64,000 bases of DNA from a virus. Where the stretch lies: positions 7,315-71,314 of IMG/VR virus record IMGVR_UViG_3300036781_000119; one strand, given 5' to 3'. The translations under genes and the position numbers were made by a program. Positions 53,972 through 63,900 of this stretch are shown in pieces (position 1 is the first letter of the stretch; the number at the start of each line of letters is the position of its first letter). The notes beneath the pieces are model-generated. The model searched no databases. It was not told the DNA's origin and saw nothing but the letters and a program-made list of their open reading frames with translations.

Positions 53972-56900
53972 ATGGCCGCCACCTTCCGCGTCATGCCCGA
54001 CATGAAGTTCAGCCACAACAGCGCCGAGGCGCTTTACGACATGACCGTCCTGCGCACCCACCGCGATGCCGGATACTGGGAATGCGTGTTTCTGAACGGG
54101 CCGCGCAAGGGCGGCATTTGGGTGCGCAGCGAGATCGACATTCTCGCCGATGTCGTCGCTGACCAGGAAGCGGACGCGACGGTCGCCGCCGAGCGCCGGG
54201 CCGAGCGCGCGCTTTCCCCGGGCTACGCCTCCTGATTCACCCACGAAGGAACCACACACCATGGCACCCGCGATCAAACTGGCATCCGCTGAAGGCCGCA
54301 CTTTCGCCCTCGGCCAAATTGTCTGCGCTCAGGGCGAGATCAATGGCCCAAAATCGACCGGCGAAATCGTCGGCTTCAAGCGTTCGGTGAGTGGGGATTT
54401 CATCGTCGCCAAGATCAAGCTGCATGGCTCTCGCACCATCGTGCGGTCTGTGCTTCAGGACATCGAGCCAGACGAGTTCTTCGCGGGCGTGATAGCCGAA
54501 ATGGAGCGGCGCGGGCTTTCCGGGCGCTTGACCGCCAAGGATGTCAAGGTCGTGAACTTCCTCCGCGCTGGCGGCAAGAGCGCGATCGAATGCGGCGCCG
54601 ATCGCGCCATGTCCTGGATTGCCGACTGAACCACCACCCACGAATAGGACACCGACATGAAGATCACCGACAGGCGGGGGCGCGTGTGGACGCTGATCCC
54701 CACCCTGCGCCAGATCGGCCCCGTGATGGCCGTATGGCAGGGGCCGGGCGTAGGCATCCGCCGCCGCTTCCCTTCCGTCGCCGCCGCCCGCGCCGCGCTC
54801 CTGGGCAGCGTGACGCCATGATGGAGCACGCCCCCCGGCTATCCCAGGCCACCGTCGCCACGCCGCCCGGCAGGCCCTACGTCTGGCGCGTGCGCGGCAT
54901 GTGCCGCGTGAGCGGAACCCGGATCAGCCCGGTGTTCTACACCGCCGACCCGAACCGCCACCGGGCGCTGGCGGATGCCGCGCTGGCCTTCCCGGGGCTG
55001 AACGTGGATGCCGTGATGGCTGCCGCCGCCGTGGTGCTGCCGTGAACACGCTCGAGCGCATCACCCGCCTGGGGCTGACGGTGCCGCGCCTCGCGCGCGC
55101 CCTGGGCACCACGCCGGCGATCCTGCGCGCTGCCTGCCGCGAAGGCACGGTGCCGCCCGAGGTCGATCGTTGGCTGGATGTTTGCTTCACCAGCCGCCCC
55201 AAGGTCGCCTGGGGCAAGCCGAGGGGGCGCCCACGCCTCCCGGATGGCCCGAAACCCCGCGTCTACAAATCCCGCGCCAAACCGAAGGATGCGCCCCGAT
55301 GAGAACGCTAGTATCGCTGGCCGACTGGTTCGGGGCGTTCACCTGCCTTTCGGTGTGCATCGCCATCCTGGGCACGACCTGGATGCAAACGCGCAAGGCC
55401 GCCGCCATGGCGCCCTGGGCCATCGTCCGCGCCTGGATCGTCATGGGCTTCGGCTCGGCCTGCCTCCTATGGGCGGCCGGGCGCGTGGCTGCCGCTGCCC
55501 TGGGGTTCCGGTGATGAGCGGCCATGATCGCCCGCCCCCGCCGATGCAGATATGGGTCACCGGCTGGTGGTGGTCCAAGGAGTTCACTGACGCGGAAGAA
55601 GCGCGCCGCTACTATGACGCGATCGGGCGCCGGCAGAAGATCATCGTCAGCATCGCCGCATTGGTGATGCTCGCAATATGCGCGGCGGCAGAATTCGCCG
55701 CATGGAGATTGCACCCATGACCGATGAGACGGATCGCGCGCAGCGGATGCTCCACCTTTCGGTGATGATCCGCCCCGCCACCGCACACGGGTGGCTTCGG
55801 CGCCGAGATTTGGACAAGCCGGGCCAGTTCGTTTGGGAGAAACCGGACGGCACCTTGGTGGCAGAAAGCCACGATATTACGCCGCGCATCGCAACTATGC
55901 TGCCAAAGAGGCCCACGCCATGACCGATCACATGGACGACGGCCGCCCGGTGGCCGCGCACATCGCCGAGGCGCGGGCGCTGGCCACGCATCTGCCCTGG
56001 TGGTCGCCGAGGCGGTGGCGGGCGTGGTTCGATGTCGCTTTCCCGCCTCCGGTGATGGTGATTCCGCTGACCACGCTGAACATCCCGCCGCCGCCGCCGC
56101 CCCGCCCCGCCTGGAGCCTGACGCCGGCGGAGATTGAGCGGGCGATGTCGCCCATGCGGATCAGGGCCGGCGTCACGCCGGAAATGCTGGCCGCCTTCGC
56201 TCGCGCCAACCACCAGAACCCCACGCTGATCGTGCCCGACAACGCCGCGATGACGCCCTACCTGCCGACCGCCGAGGGCGCCTACTGGACGGTTTGGAAC
56301 CATGGCGACGGTGGGGGCGAAGGGTTCGGCAGCCCTGTGCTGCGCTGGTGGAACCCGAAAGGCAGCAGCGATCCCTACGCCCGCAACCGCGACGGATGCT
56401 GGGAAGGCTGGGGGGACACCCACTACCCCGCCAGCGAATGCCTCGCCATTTCCCCCCGCCTGGAGCCGCCCGAGTGGCCGCCCGCACCGAAGGAACACGA
56501 CCATGGCTGACGCATTCCGCCCGTCCGGCTATTACTGGGTAGGCGCCGAGGGCGCGGACCCCAAGGACGCCTTCATTGCGTGGTGGAGCGCCGACTGGAA
56601 AGAGTGGCGCCTGGATCGCTGGGGCGTGGAGGGGATCCAGTTCCCGCTCGGCTTCACGGTCTACAGCACCGAGCCGATCGAGTTCCCCAAGCCGCCGGCG
56701 CCGGCCGCCGAGCCCGCCCCTGCTGATATCAAGCCCGAGGCGCCCCCGCCCTCCATCCCGCCGCCTGCCGCCGGGCCGAACATGACGCCGGTGGGCCGCT
56801 ACCGGGTCGCCAGCAACGGCATCGAGACGCACCTTCAGCAGCTATGGGAAGGCGACGGCGTGGCACGCTGGCGCCCGGTGCCTGGGTTGGCCGTGGCGAT

Positions 56901-57407
56901 GCTGCCCGATGGGAGCTCGCCCGCATGACGGACATGCCGGGCCATGACGCCCAGGCGGAGTGGAACGCCCTGCTGCGCCGGGCCGACGTGGCGGAAGGCT
57001 TGGTGCTGGACATGCGGCACCGCCTCGCCGCCGCCGAGCTCGACAACCGCATCCTGCAACGCACGCTCGACGGGCATGTGAAGGCGGCCCAGGCGCGGTG
57101 GCATGCGGGGCTGGCCTTCGGGTGGGCGCTGGTGCTGCTGGCGGCCCTGGGCGGCTATCTGGCGGCGCGCTGACCGCTGCTGACGCACGACCGGCCGGGG
57201 ATCATCCCGGCCGCATAGGAGACTGCACCGATGGATGACACCGACGCGCGCTCAATTGCGCTCAACCTTGCCGCCCAGGCATCCCCAGGCGATTCCGCCA
57301 CCTCCATCCTGGAGCGCGCCCACCGCTACTATGCGTTCCTTCTCGGGATCACGGAGACGGAGTTGCGGAAGCGGATGGGTTTGCCCGAGCCGGCAGCGGA
57401 TGCCTAA
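53972..57407 (+). other. Early-type cluster of about 12 small genes inside the head module (53972-54235, 54261-54629, 54657-54821, 54818-55045, 55042-55302, 55299-55514, 55514-55720, 55717-55923, 55920-56510, 56503-56928, 56925-57173, 57231-57407)
   Basis: SD sites (AGGAG, GAAGGA) and ATGA/GTGA overlaps; several TM peptides and Trp/Pro-rich proteins. Confidence 0.75.
55042..55302 (+). CDS. Small HTH protein with AT-hook-like RGRPR
   Basis: LGLTVPRLARALGTT...VPPEVDRWL; KPRGRPR. Confidence 0.6.
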   Translation: MNTLERITRLGLTVPRLARALGTTPAILRAACREGTVPPEVDRWLDVCFTSRPKVAWGKPRGRPRLPDGPKPRVYKSRAKPKDAPR

Positions 57408-58234
57408 AAGCCCTTGATCACCGGCTTGCTGACGCACCGGCAGTTCGGCAGCATCCCGGGCCAGATATACTCGCCGTCGATGAACGCGCCCTTGGCCACG
57501 TCATAGACCAGCTTTTCACGCCCGGCCTTGACGTGGCTGGGGCGCGGCTGCCGACCGCCACCGCTATGCATCCATACCGCCTGAGTGACGCCCATTTCCA
57601 GCTGGCGCGCCCGGGTGATTGTCGCCGTTGCCTTGTTCGCCTGATCCCGCGCGATGAACGCCGCCCGGTTGTGCGCCACGCCCAGCTGCGTCTTCAGCCC
57701 TTCGGTGATCTGGTGCAGATCGTAGCCCGTCTGCACCCCGCGCATCACGATGCCCTGCACCTGGGTCAGATACTGCTGGGGGATGGACTTGATCAGGTCC
57801 ACCTGCGCGCCGATCGACGCTTGCAGCACGTCGTTGACCGGCCGCGACAGCTTGAATTCGACGGTCCAGCCGCCTTCCTTCAGGATGGATTTCAGCACCG
57901 CGTCGCTGCGCGTGGCCATGCTGGTGGTGAACCACGTCGCCAGCTTCGGCGCCATCGCGGCAAAGCGGGCTTCCCAGTGCGATCCCAGGCTGGCGATTTC
58001 GGCGATCAGCCCCTTGGCCGGGCTGCCCGGCTGTTCCTCGCGCCAGCTGTCCGCCGCCATTTCAGGGGGCTTGGCGCGCCACTGGGCGCTGATCCAGTAG
58101 TCGAAGCTGGCCGCCATTTCGTTGATGAGGGCGACCAGCCGCTTGTGGAATTTCGCCTCGACCGCGACGTTGGGGCGGACAGGCTTCAGCACCACGGGCT
58201 TACCCGTGGGGGAGACGAGGCGCCGCTTAGGCAT
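57404..58234 (-). CDS. Minor head protein (MuF/gp7-like)
   Basis: LIKSIPQQYL, RAAFIARDQANK, WMHS...PRPSH, PGMLPNCRC. Confidence 0.92.
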   Translation of the reverse strand: MPKRRLVSPTGKPVVLKPVRPNVAVEAKFHKRLVALINEMAASFDYWISAQWRAKPPEMAADSWREEQPGSPAKGLIAEIASLGSHWEARFAAMAPKLATWFTTSMATRSDAVLKSILKEGGWTVEFKLSRPVNDVLQASIGAQVDLIKSIPQQYLTQVQGIVMRGVQTGYDLHQITEGLKTQLGVAHNRAAFIARDQANKATATITRARQLEMGVTQAVWMHSGGGRQPRPSHVKAGREKLVYDVAKGAFIDGEYIWPGMLPNCRCVSKPVIKGF

Positions 58235-58445
58235 CCTCGCCGTCGTCTGGCTGCTCGCGGGCGGTGGCGATCGCTGCATCATGCTTGGCGTTGTCGGCAT
58301 CTTCCTCGGGCGTGGTCAGGCTGCGGGTGGCGCCCTTGGGCTTGCCCAGCATTTCGATTTCGCCTTCAGCGATGCCGAAGCGCGCCGGGTTGCTGTGCTT
58401 CGGATCGGTGGAGGTCAGCGTGTCGTCGTCGGTGTCGCGGGTCAT
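58227..58445 (-). CDS. Small acidic protein downstream of the portal-ART fusion
   Basis: TAATG coupling, GGAAGG SD; 72 aa. Confidence 0.6.
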   Translation of the reverse strand: MTRDTDDDTLTSTDPKHSNPARFGIAEGEIEMLGKPKGATRSLTTPEEDADNAKHDAAIATAREQPDDGEDA

Positions 58446-61400
58446 TAGGTTTTCCTTCCAAGGTAGGTGCAATGGACAACGTGGGATGTGCCCCCATATT
58501 TATTAACAGATTGCACGACTTTTTCAACCCGGAACATGCTGTTGCTGTCCATCATGATCTCGCGTTCGACCAAATTTTCATTACTCGCCTGCCCCTTCAT
58601 CACCACGCCAGGGGTGCCGGCCGGGATGGTGAAACTCAGCACGGTCTGATCGCCGAAGTCCTTGGCCTTGCTTTCCGAGCGCGACACGCTGGCGAAGTTC
58701 TTGTGCACGAAGGCGCGGCCGACCGCTTCCTGGGGATCGCCAAAGCCTGTCACGGAAGCGAATGGCGAGCTCAGCCCCCGGAACACGGGGGTGTCTGCCG
58801 GCACGAAGCTGTTCTTCATCGCGCCGTGGATCTGGTCGATGTGCTTCTGTGTTGCAGCGCTGGGCTTGGACAGGCCCGACAGCGCCTGATTGATGCTTCC
58901 ATATTCGCCATCGCGGTATGCCGCGATCGCTTCCAACTGCTCGGCCGTATGGCTGGCGTGGGTGTCGTTGGCATAGGCCTGCATGGCCTTGTCCACCGCC
59001 TGCGTCATCGCATCGGTGCTGTTGCCGTAGGCGGCGGTGACCTTGGCGTAGTGGTCGCCCGGGATGTTCTTGGTGCGCGCCTCCAGCCGGGCGGTGACCG
59101 TGCCGCCGCTGGCATCCTCGTATTCGCTTTCGGTGATCGTCGTCTTGTGCGGCGCGACCTTGGCGGCATGGAACACGGCCGCCGATGGCTTGCCGGGCGG
59201 CAGTTTGGCCGTGCTGGGTGGCGTGGCGGGCTTCGGCGGCGGCGGGGCGGGGAGCGCGCCATACTCGGCCTGGACCTTGGCCAGAAAGTCGTTGACGGAC
59301 TTCTGCCCCATGCCCTGGGGGTCGCTGATCGGCTTCAGCGCCGCGAGCGCGGCCTTCTGCTCAGCTTCGGTGGGCTTGTCGAGCGCCGCCTGGATGTCGG
59401 CCGCCTTGCTGTCCACGATCGGCTTGTTCTCGGGCAGCACGTTCGCCCACGCTTCCTTCAGCTTGGTGAATTCCTGCTGGGTGGCCGGGCTCAGCGGCTT
59501 GGCCGGCGGTGGAGGCGGCGGGGCGGCGGCGGGCGCGGGCGGGGCGATGCCGGCCTGTTCCTTCACGGCGCCGGTGAGCTTGTCCAGGTAATCCTTCAGC
59601 GCGCCCTTGGTGTTGGTGTTCAGGAACTCCAGATTCTTGATCTTCACGTCGATGGGATCGTTGCTCGTGTTGATGTAGGCGAGCGCCGATTCCGCCTTCA
59701 CCTTGGACGTGCTGAGCATATCCGAGTCCACCTTCGGCAGATCGGTCAGCGTGACGGGCGCCTTGGCCGGCGCGCCACCTTCCGCCTGCACCGCCGCTGC
59801 CAGCTTGTCGATGTAGGCGTGCAGGCTGAAGGCGAAGGAAGGCGCGGCATTCTTGATCGCCTGGAGGTTGGCGACCTTCAGCGCATCCGACATCCCCGGA
59901 TTGGTGGCGTAGGCATAGGCGTTGTTCGCGATCTTCTGGTAGTCGGGCGACGTGAACTCGCCCGGCTTGGGCAGCCCCCCGGCTTCCGGCGCGATCGGTG
60001 GCGGCGCAGGCGGGGCTGGTGGGGCAGGCGGCGGCGGCGGGGGCTTGGGTGCCGGGGCGGGCGCGTTCAGCCCCTTGGCGCCCTTGCTGCTGATCAGCGG
60101 CGGGGGGTTCTTGCCTGCTTCGGTCAGCCCCTTGTGCGCAAGGCTGACGTGGCCGCCGTGGGCGGTGTTTTGGAACAGGGTAGACGCCGCGCCCGCGATC
60201 TCCCCGGTGGGTATGCCGCCCTTCTGCACAAGGTGCTTGATCAGCGCGGTGGAGGTCGGCGCCTTGCCGCTTTCCTTGGCGGCCTTCAGGTAGTCGGCGA
60301 TGCCCTGGTGCAGCGATTCGCCGCCGGCCACGGTGGTGAACTTGCCGTCAGCGTCGCGCGGGTGGTCGGCTTCAACGTAGGCGTCAAGCGCCGCCCATGC
60401 GTCAAGCGCGAGGTCGGCCGCGCCCCGGCGGAAAGGGAGCACCTTCCCGTCTTCCTCGCCCTCCCCATCGTCCTGCTGGCCCTGCCCTTCGGCGCCGGGC
60501 TCGCCCTCCATGCCCGGCATGCCCATGGGCTCGGGCGGCTCGGGTGGCGGCCCGGTCAGGTCCACGCCAGCGAACATCGGGTCATCGCGTCCCGCCAGCG
60601 ATTTGCGCACGTCGGCGGGCTCGATAACGCCCATGTTCACGTAGACGCCGTAGGTGTCGGCATCGACCTTGCGGGTGTCGGCCGCCTCCTTGTCCGTCTG
60701 CTGCCATAGGGGCACGAAATCGAACGAGATCTCATGGTCAATCTCGCCGAATTCGGAAAGCTGAATCAGGTTCAGCGTGTCGGTCAACGGGTCGCGCAGC
60801 AGATCTTCCTGCTGGGCGTGCACCCAGGCATAGAACGACCGGATTTCGCCATCGCTGGAGGCGTTCAGGCCGCTGGGGGTGATGCCCAGCAGCACCACCA
60901 GCGGAATGCCCCACACGCTGGCCAGATGCTCCTGGGCCTGCGCCTGAAGCGCGTCCAGCGTGCCAAGCGGGGTCGCCATGTTGAAGAAGTCTTCGGTGTC
61001 CTTGTTCAACACCATCGTGCCGCGATTGTCGCGCAAGGCGGTGAACATCGCCACGCGGTTGGCCAGCGACGCCACCCCGATGCCATCGCCCTGGAGCGCC
61101 GAGCTCATGTCCGTCTTGATGCCGGTGTAGGAGAACGACGCCATCAGGTCGGAAACCGACTGGCGAGCCCGCAGCCAGTTGTTTACATACGGCATTCCCA
61201 TCTGGCTTAGGGAAAGGCCGCCGAACGAATAGGCGGGCTTCAGGAGGTCCGGCATTTCGCGGGCCACCAGCGTCACCATGCGGCTGGCATGGATGAGCGC
61301 CGATTGCACAAACCAGCGATTCGGGCGGTAGTAGTCGGCGGCGGTCGGGTCGATCGAATTGTAGTCGTCGGCGAAGGTCCACATCGGTTCGATCACCTGG

Positions 61401-62065
61401 AGCCGGCGCAGACTGCCCTTCTTGACCTTCTTGGGGTCGCGGATCAGCGGCAGCGCCTTTTCGGCTGGGTCGGTGGCGCCCACGTCGTAATAGATGTGCG
61501 CCCGGCCGAAGAACCCGTCCAACTGGATCGCGTTGCGGTAAGCATCGCGCACCCGCAGCCGGCGAAACGCTTCCTCCAGAACCTTGATCTTCTTTGCCTT
61601 GTCATCCTCGCCGATGGCCTTAAGACGGATCCACTTGCGCGTCATTTCCTTGGCGATGATCTCGGCCGGGCGGCGGTATTCGGGGCGCTGCGTCAGCTCG
61701 GCCAGGAAGGGGTATCCCAGCCAGTTCACGTTGTCCCCGTAGGCCATGCCGTAGTCGTTCCACCCGGCACCGGCGGCCCAGCCGGACGCGAGCGCCAACG
61801 CCTCGGCGCTGTCCTGCGCGATCGTCATCGTGCCCTTGGGCACCACGCCGGGCATGGGCTTGGCTGGCGCAAACACGTCCGCGCGCGGCGGCCCCTTGTG
61901 GCGCTTCGGCAGGTGCGCCATCAGCGCATCCATGCTGATCAGGCGGCGGCTGGGCTGCGCCACGGGGGCGCGCACACCCAGGCCCAGGGCGGCGAGCCCG
62001 GCCGGCTTCAGGCGCATGCGGCCCATCTTCAGGGCGCTGGCGGCAGCCAGGGGCACAATGGTCAT
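58445..62065 (-). CDS. Portal protein (DUF1073-like) fused to a C-terminal ADP-ribosyltransferase
   Basis: GYPFLAELTQRPEYR, IHASRM, YSFGGLSLSQ and LLGITPSGLNASSDGEI portal motifs; C-terminal Y..IN..L, FRG, FASVS and EREI ART motifs. Confidence 0.92.
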   Translation of the reverse strand: MTIVPLAAASALKMGRMRLKPAGLAALGLGVRAPVAQPSRRLISMDALMAHLPKRHKGPPRADVFAPAKPMPGVVPKGTMTIAQDSAEALALASGWAAGAGWNDYGMAYGDNVNWLGYPFLAELTQRPEYRRPAEIIAKEMTRKWIRLKAIGEDDKAKKIKVLEEAFRRLRVRDAYRNAIQLDGFFGRAHIYYDVGATDPAEKALPLIRDPKKVKKGSLRRLQVIEPMWTFADDYNSIDPTAADYYRPNRWFVQSALIHASRMVTLVAREMPDLLKPAYSFGGLSLSQMGMPYVNNWLRARQSVSDLMASFSYTGIKTDMSSALQGDGIGVASLANRVAMFTALRDNRGTMVLNKDTEDFFNMATPLGTLDALQAQAQEHLASVWGIPLVVLLGITPSGLNASSDGEIRSFYAWVHAQQEDLLRDPLTDTLNLIQLSEFGEIDHEISFDFVPLWQQTDKEAADTRKVDADTYGVYVNMGVIEPADVRKSLAGRDDPMFAGVDLTGPPPEPPEPMGMPGMEGEPGAEGQGQQDDGEGEEDGKVLPFRRGAADLALDAWAALDAYVEADHPRDADGKFTTVAGGESLHQGIADYLKAAKESGKAPTSTALIKHLVQKGGIPTGEIAGAASTLFQNTAHGGHVSLAHKGLTEAGKNPPPLISSKGAKGLNAPAPAPKPPPPPPAPPAPPAPPPIAPEAGGLPKPGEFTSPDYQKIANNAYAYATNPGMSDALKVANLQAIKNAAPSFAFSLHAYIDKLAAAVQAEGGAPAKAPVTLTDLPKVDSDMLSTSKVKAESALAYINTSNDPIDVKIKNLEFLNTNTKGALKDYLDKLTGAVKEQAGIAPPAPAAAPPPPPPAKPLSPATQQEFTKLKEAWANVLPENKPIVDSKAADIQAALDKPTEAEQKAALAALKPISDPQGMGQKSVNDFLAKVQAEYGALPAPPPPKPATPPSTAKLPPGKPSAAVFHAAKVAPHKTTITESEYEDASGGTVTARLEARTKNIPGDHYAKVTAAYGNSTDAMTQAVDKAMQAYANDTHASHTAEQLEAIAAYRDGEYGSINQALSGLSKPSAATQKHIDQIHGAMKNSFVPADTPVFRGLSSPFASVTGFGDPQEAVGRAFVHKNFASVSRSESKAKDFGDQTVLSFTIPAGTPGVVMKGQASNENLVEREIMMDSNSMFRVEKVVQSVNKYGGTSHVVHCTYLGRKT

Positions 62066-63900
62066 CGGCCGCGCCTCGGGCCGAGCGCCTTCATAAGCGC
62101 GTCCACCTGTCCGGTGGTGACCATCATCGCGGGCCGATCGTTCGGCGCGTAGCGGATCACCACGGCATCGGCGAGGTTCGGCGAGGGCTGTCCATCCGGC
62201 ACTTTGTCCACCACGATTTTCCCCACGGCATTCGAGCTATAGGTCGGTTGCGACAATTCGGCCACCAGCTTGAGCGCCAGCGGCATGGTCGAGTCTATCG
62301 CTATCAGGTCATCGTGCGCCGCGACAACGCCTTCCGTCACCGCCCGGTGCGTCAGCTGGAAGCGGGTGCGCAGCATCCACCACGCCTGCGCCTTGCGGTT
62401 GGAGAAGAAATCCTGGTTCTGCCGGCCGGGCACAAGCTGGCCCTCGGGATCGAACACCGCTTCCGAGCCGCGATAGGCCACCACGTCGATCTGCCGCGCG
62501 CCACGGTCGGCCCGGCGCTGGTTGATCTGCTTGGCGTCGCCGCGCACGCCGGCGCCGATGCCATCAGCATCATACCGAAAGCGGGCGAAGTCGTGCACGT
62601 CGCAGGTTTGGAACACCCGCTCGACGGAATCGAAGATGTCGCTCCCTTTGCCGCTCCATTCATCCACGAAATCCAGCAGCACGCCCCGGCCGCCGGCGGT
62701 GGCGTTCTTATCCCGCCCGGCATCCGCCACGTCGAAGGCCAGCAACCGCTCGCCCGTGATCTGGATGCCCAGCTTGTGGTGCGCGTCCAGCGCGCTCAGC
62801 ACCCAGGCGCGGGGGATCAGGATGCCTTCGACGCTGGCGGTGTAGTCGATGTCCACTTCCTGGGCGACCACGACCGGGCCGTAATCGTCCAGCTGCTTCT
62901 GATACCAGCGATCGTCCTTGCGTGGGTCGGCGCGCCAGTGGGCGGTGAACACCTCCACCTTCCCGCCGAATCGCACCTGGGCGAAGGAGTTCGCCATGCC
63001 GTTGACGCTGCTGATGTCCTGCCGGCTGTTGGTGGTCGCGCTCAGCGCCGCGTCCACGAGCTCGGGCCGCTCCAGGTGGGCGGCTTCGTCCACGAAATAG
63101 ATGCCGACGCGATCGCCGCGCCCGATGTTGTCGCCCGCCTCGCCCGATATATTGGAGCCGGTTTCCGGGAAATTCAGCCGCATGTGGGGCGCGTCGCGGC
63201 TGCGCAGCCACCCGCCCTGGAATTCCGGCGGCAGCAGTTCCATGAACAGCCGCCCCTTGAAAAACAGGGATTTCGGGCTGCCGATCTTGTCCACGTATTC
63301 CTCTTTTCGGGAGCCGAAGCCGATCGCCATGCCGTCGTAGTGCAGGCACAGGGTGCAGGCGAGGGCCATGGCCAGCCACGACATGCCCATGTCCCGGCTC
63401 TTTTCGGTCAAGCCGCGCTCGCGCGCCTGCCACTTGCGCACGCTGTAGCCGATCCACTCGCGCTGCCTGGGAAACAGCAGGAACGGCATGCGCGCAGGCA
63501 AGCCCACCTCGACGTTGCGCGGATCCACCGTCACGCCCCAGTCCTCTATGAATTCGTCGGGGTGGTCGCGGTAATAGAGCTTCAGCGCCGGCAGGCATTC
63601 GGGCATGGACTGCACCAGCGCCAGCCTTTCGGCGCGCAGCTTCATCACGTCGGCGATCAGCGCCAGCTGCACATCTGCCGGGGCGCGCCAGTCAATCTCA
63701 GGCGGGCGCGGCCACAGCGGCAGCAGCGCGGCATCGAACGCGGCGATGGCGGCCGGCTGGTCGGGTGCCGGCGCCCGGAACGCCGCGCTAATTCGGCAGA
63801 GGTCGAGCAGTTCGTCGTCCGACATCGTGCGGACTGAGGCCACGGTCAATCGCTTCAGTTGCCGCTTGGTCAGCGATGGCACGGAGGCGGGCAATGACAT
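62062..63900 (-). CDS. terL: Terminase large subunit
   Basis: EKSRDMGMSW Walker A, YFVDEAAH Walker B, FDVADAGRD nuclease motif, SPNLADA. Confidence 0.95.
   Translation of the reverse strand: MSLPASVPSLTKRQLKRLTVASVRTMSDDELLDLCRISAAFRAPAPDQPAAIAAFDAALLPLWPRPPEIDWRAPADVQLALIADVMKLRAERLALVQSMPECLPALKLYYRDHPDEFIEDWGVTVDPRNVEVGLPARMPFLLFPRQREWIGYSVRKWQARERGLTEKSRDMGMSWLAMALACTLCLHYDGMAIGFGSRKEEYVDKIGSPKSLFFKGRLFMELLPPEFQGGWLRSRDAPHMRLNFPETGSNISGEAGDNIGRGDRVGIYFVDEAAHLERPELVDAALSATTNSRQDISSVNGMANSFAQVRFGGKVEVFTAHWRADPRKDDRWYQKQLDDYGPVVVAQEVDIDYTASVEGILIPRAWVLSALDAHHKLGIQITGERLLAFDVADAGRDKNATAGGRGVLLDFVDEWSGKGSDIFDSVERVFQTCDVHDFARFRYDADGIGAGVRGDAKQINQRRADRGARQIDVVAYRGSEAVFDPEGQLVPGRQNQDFFSNRKAQAWWMLRTRFQLTHRAVTEGVVAAHDDLIAIDSTMPLALKLVAELSQPTYSSNAVGKIVVDKVPDGQPSPNLADAVVIRYAPNDRPAMMVTTGQVDALMKALGPRRGR

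Noticed and set aside
57533-60709. 1058-aa + strand ORF and other long antisense ORFs (e.g. 15837-17468, 44859-46478, 51363-53015, 62248-63837)
   Set aside because: Shadow frames of well-supported genes in high-GC DNA; no recognisable motifs
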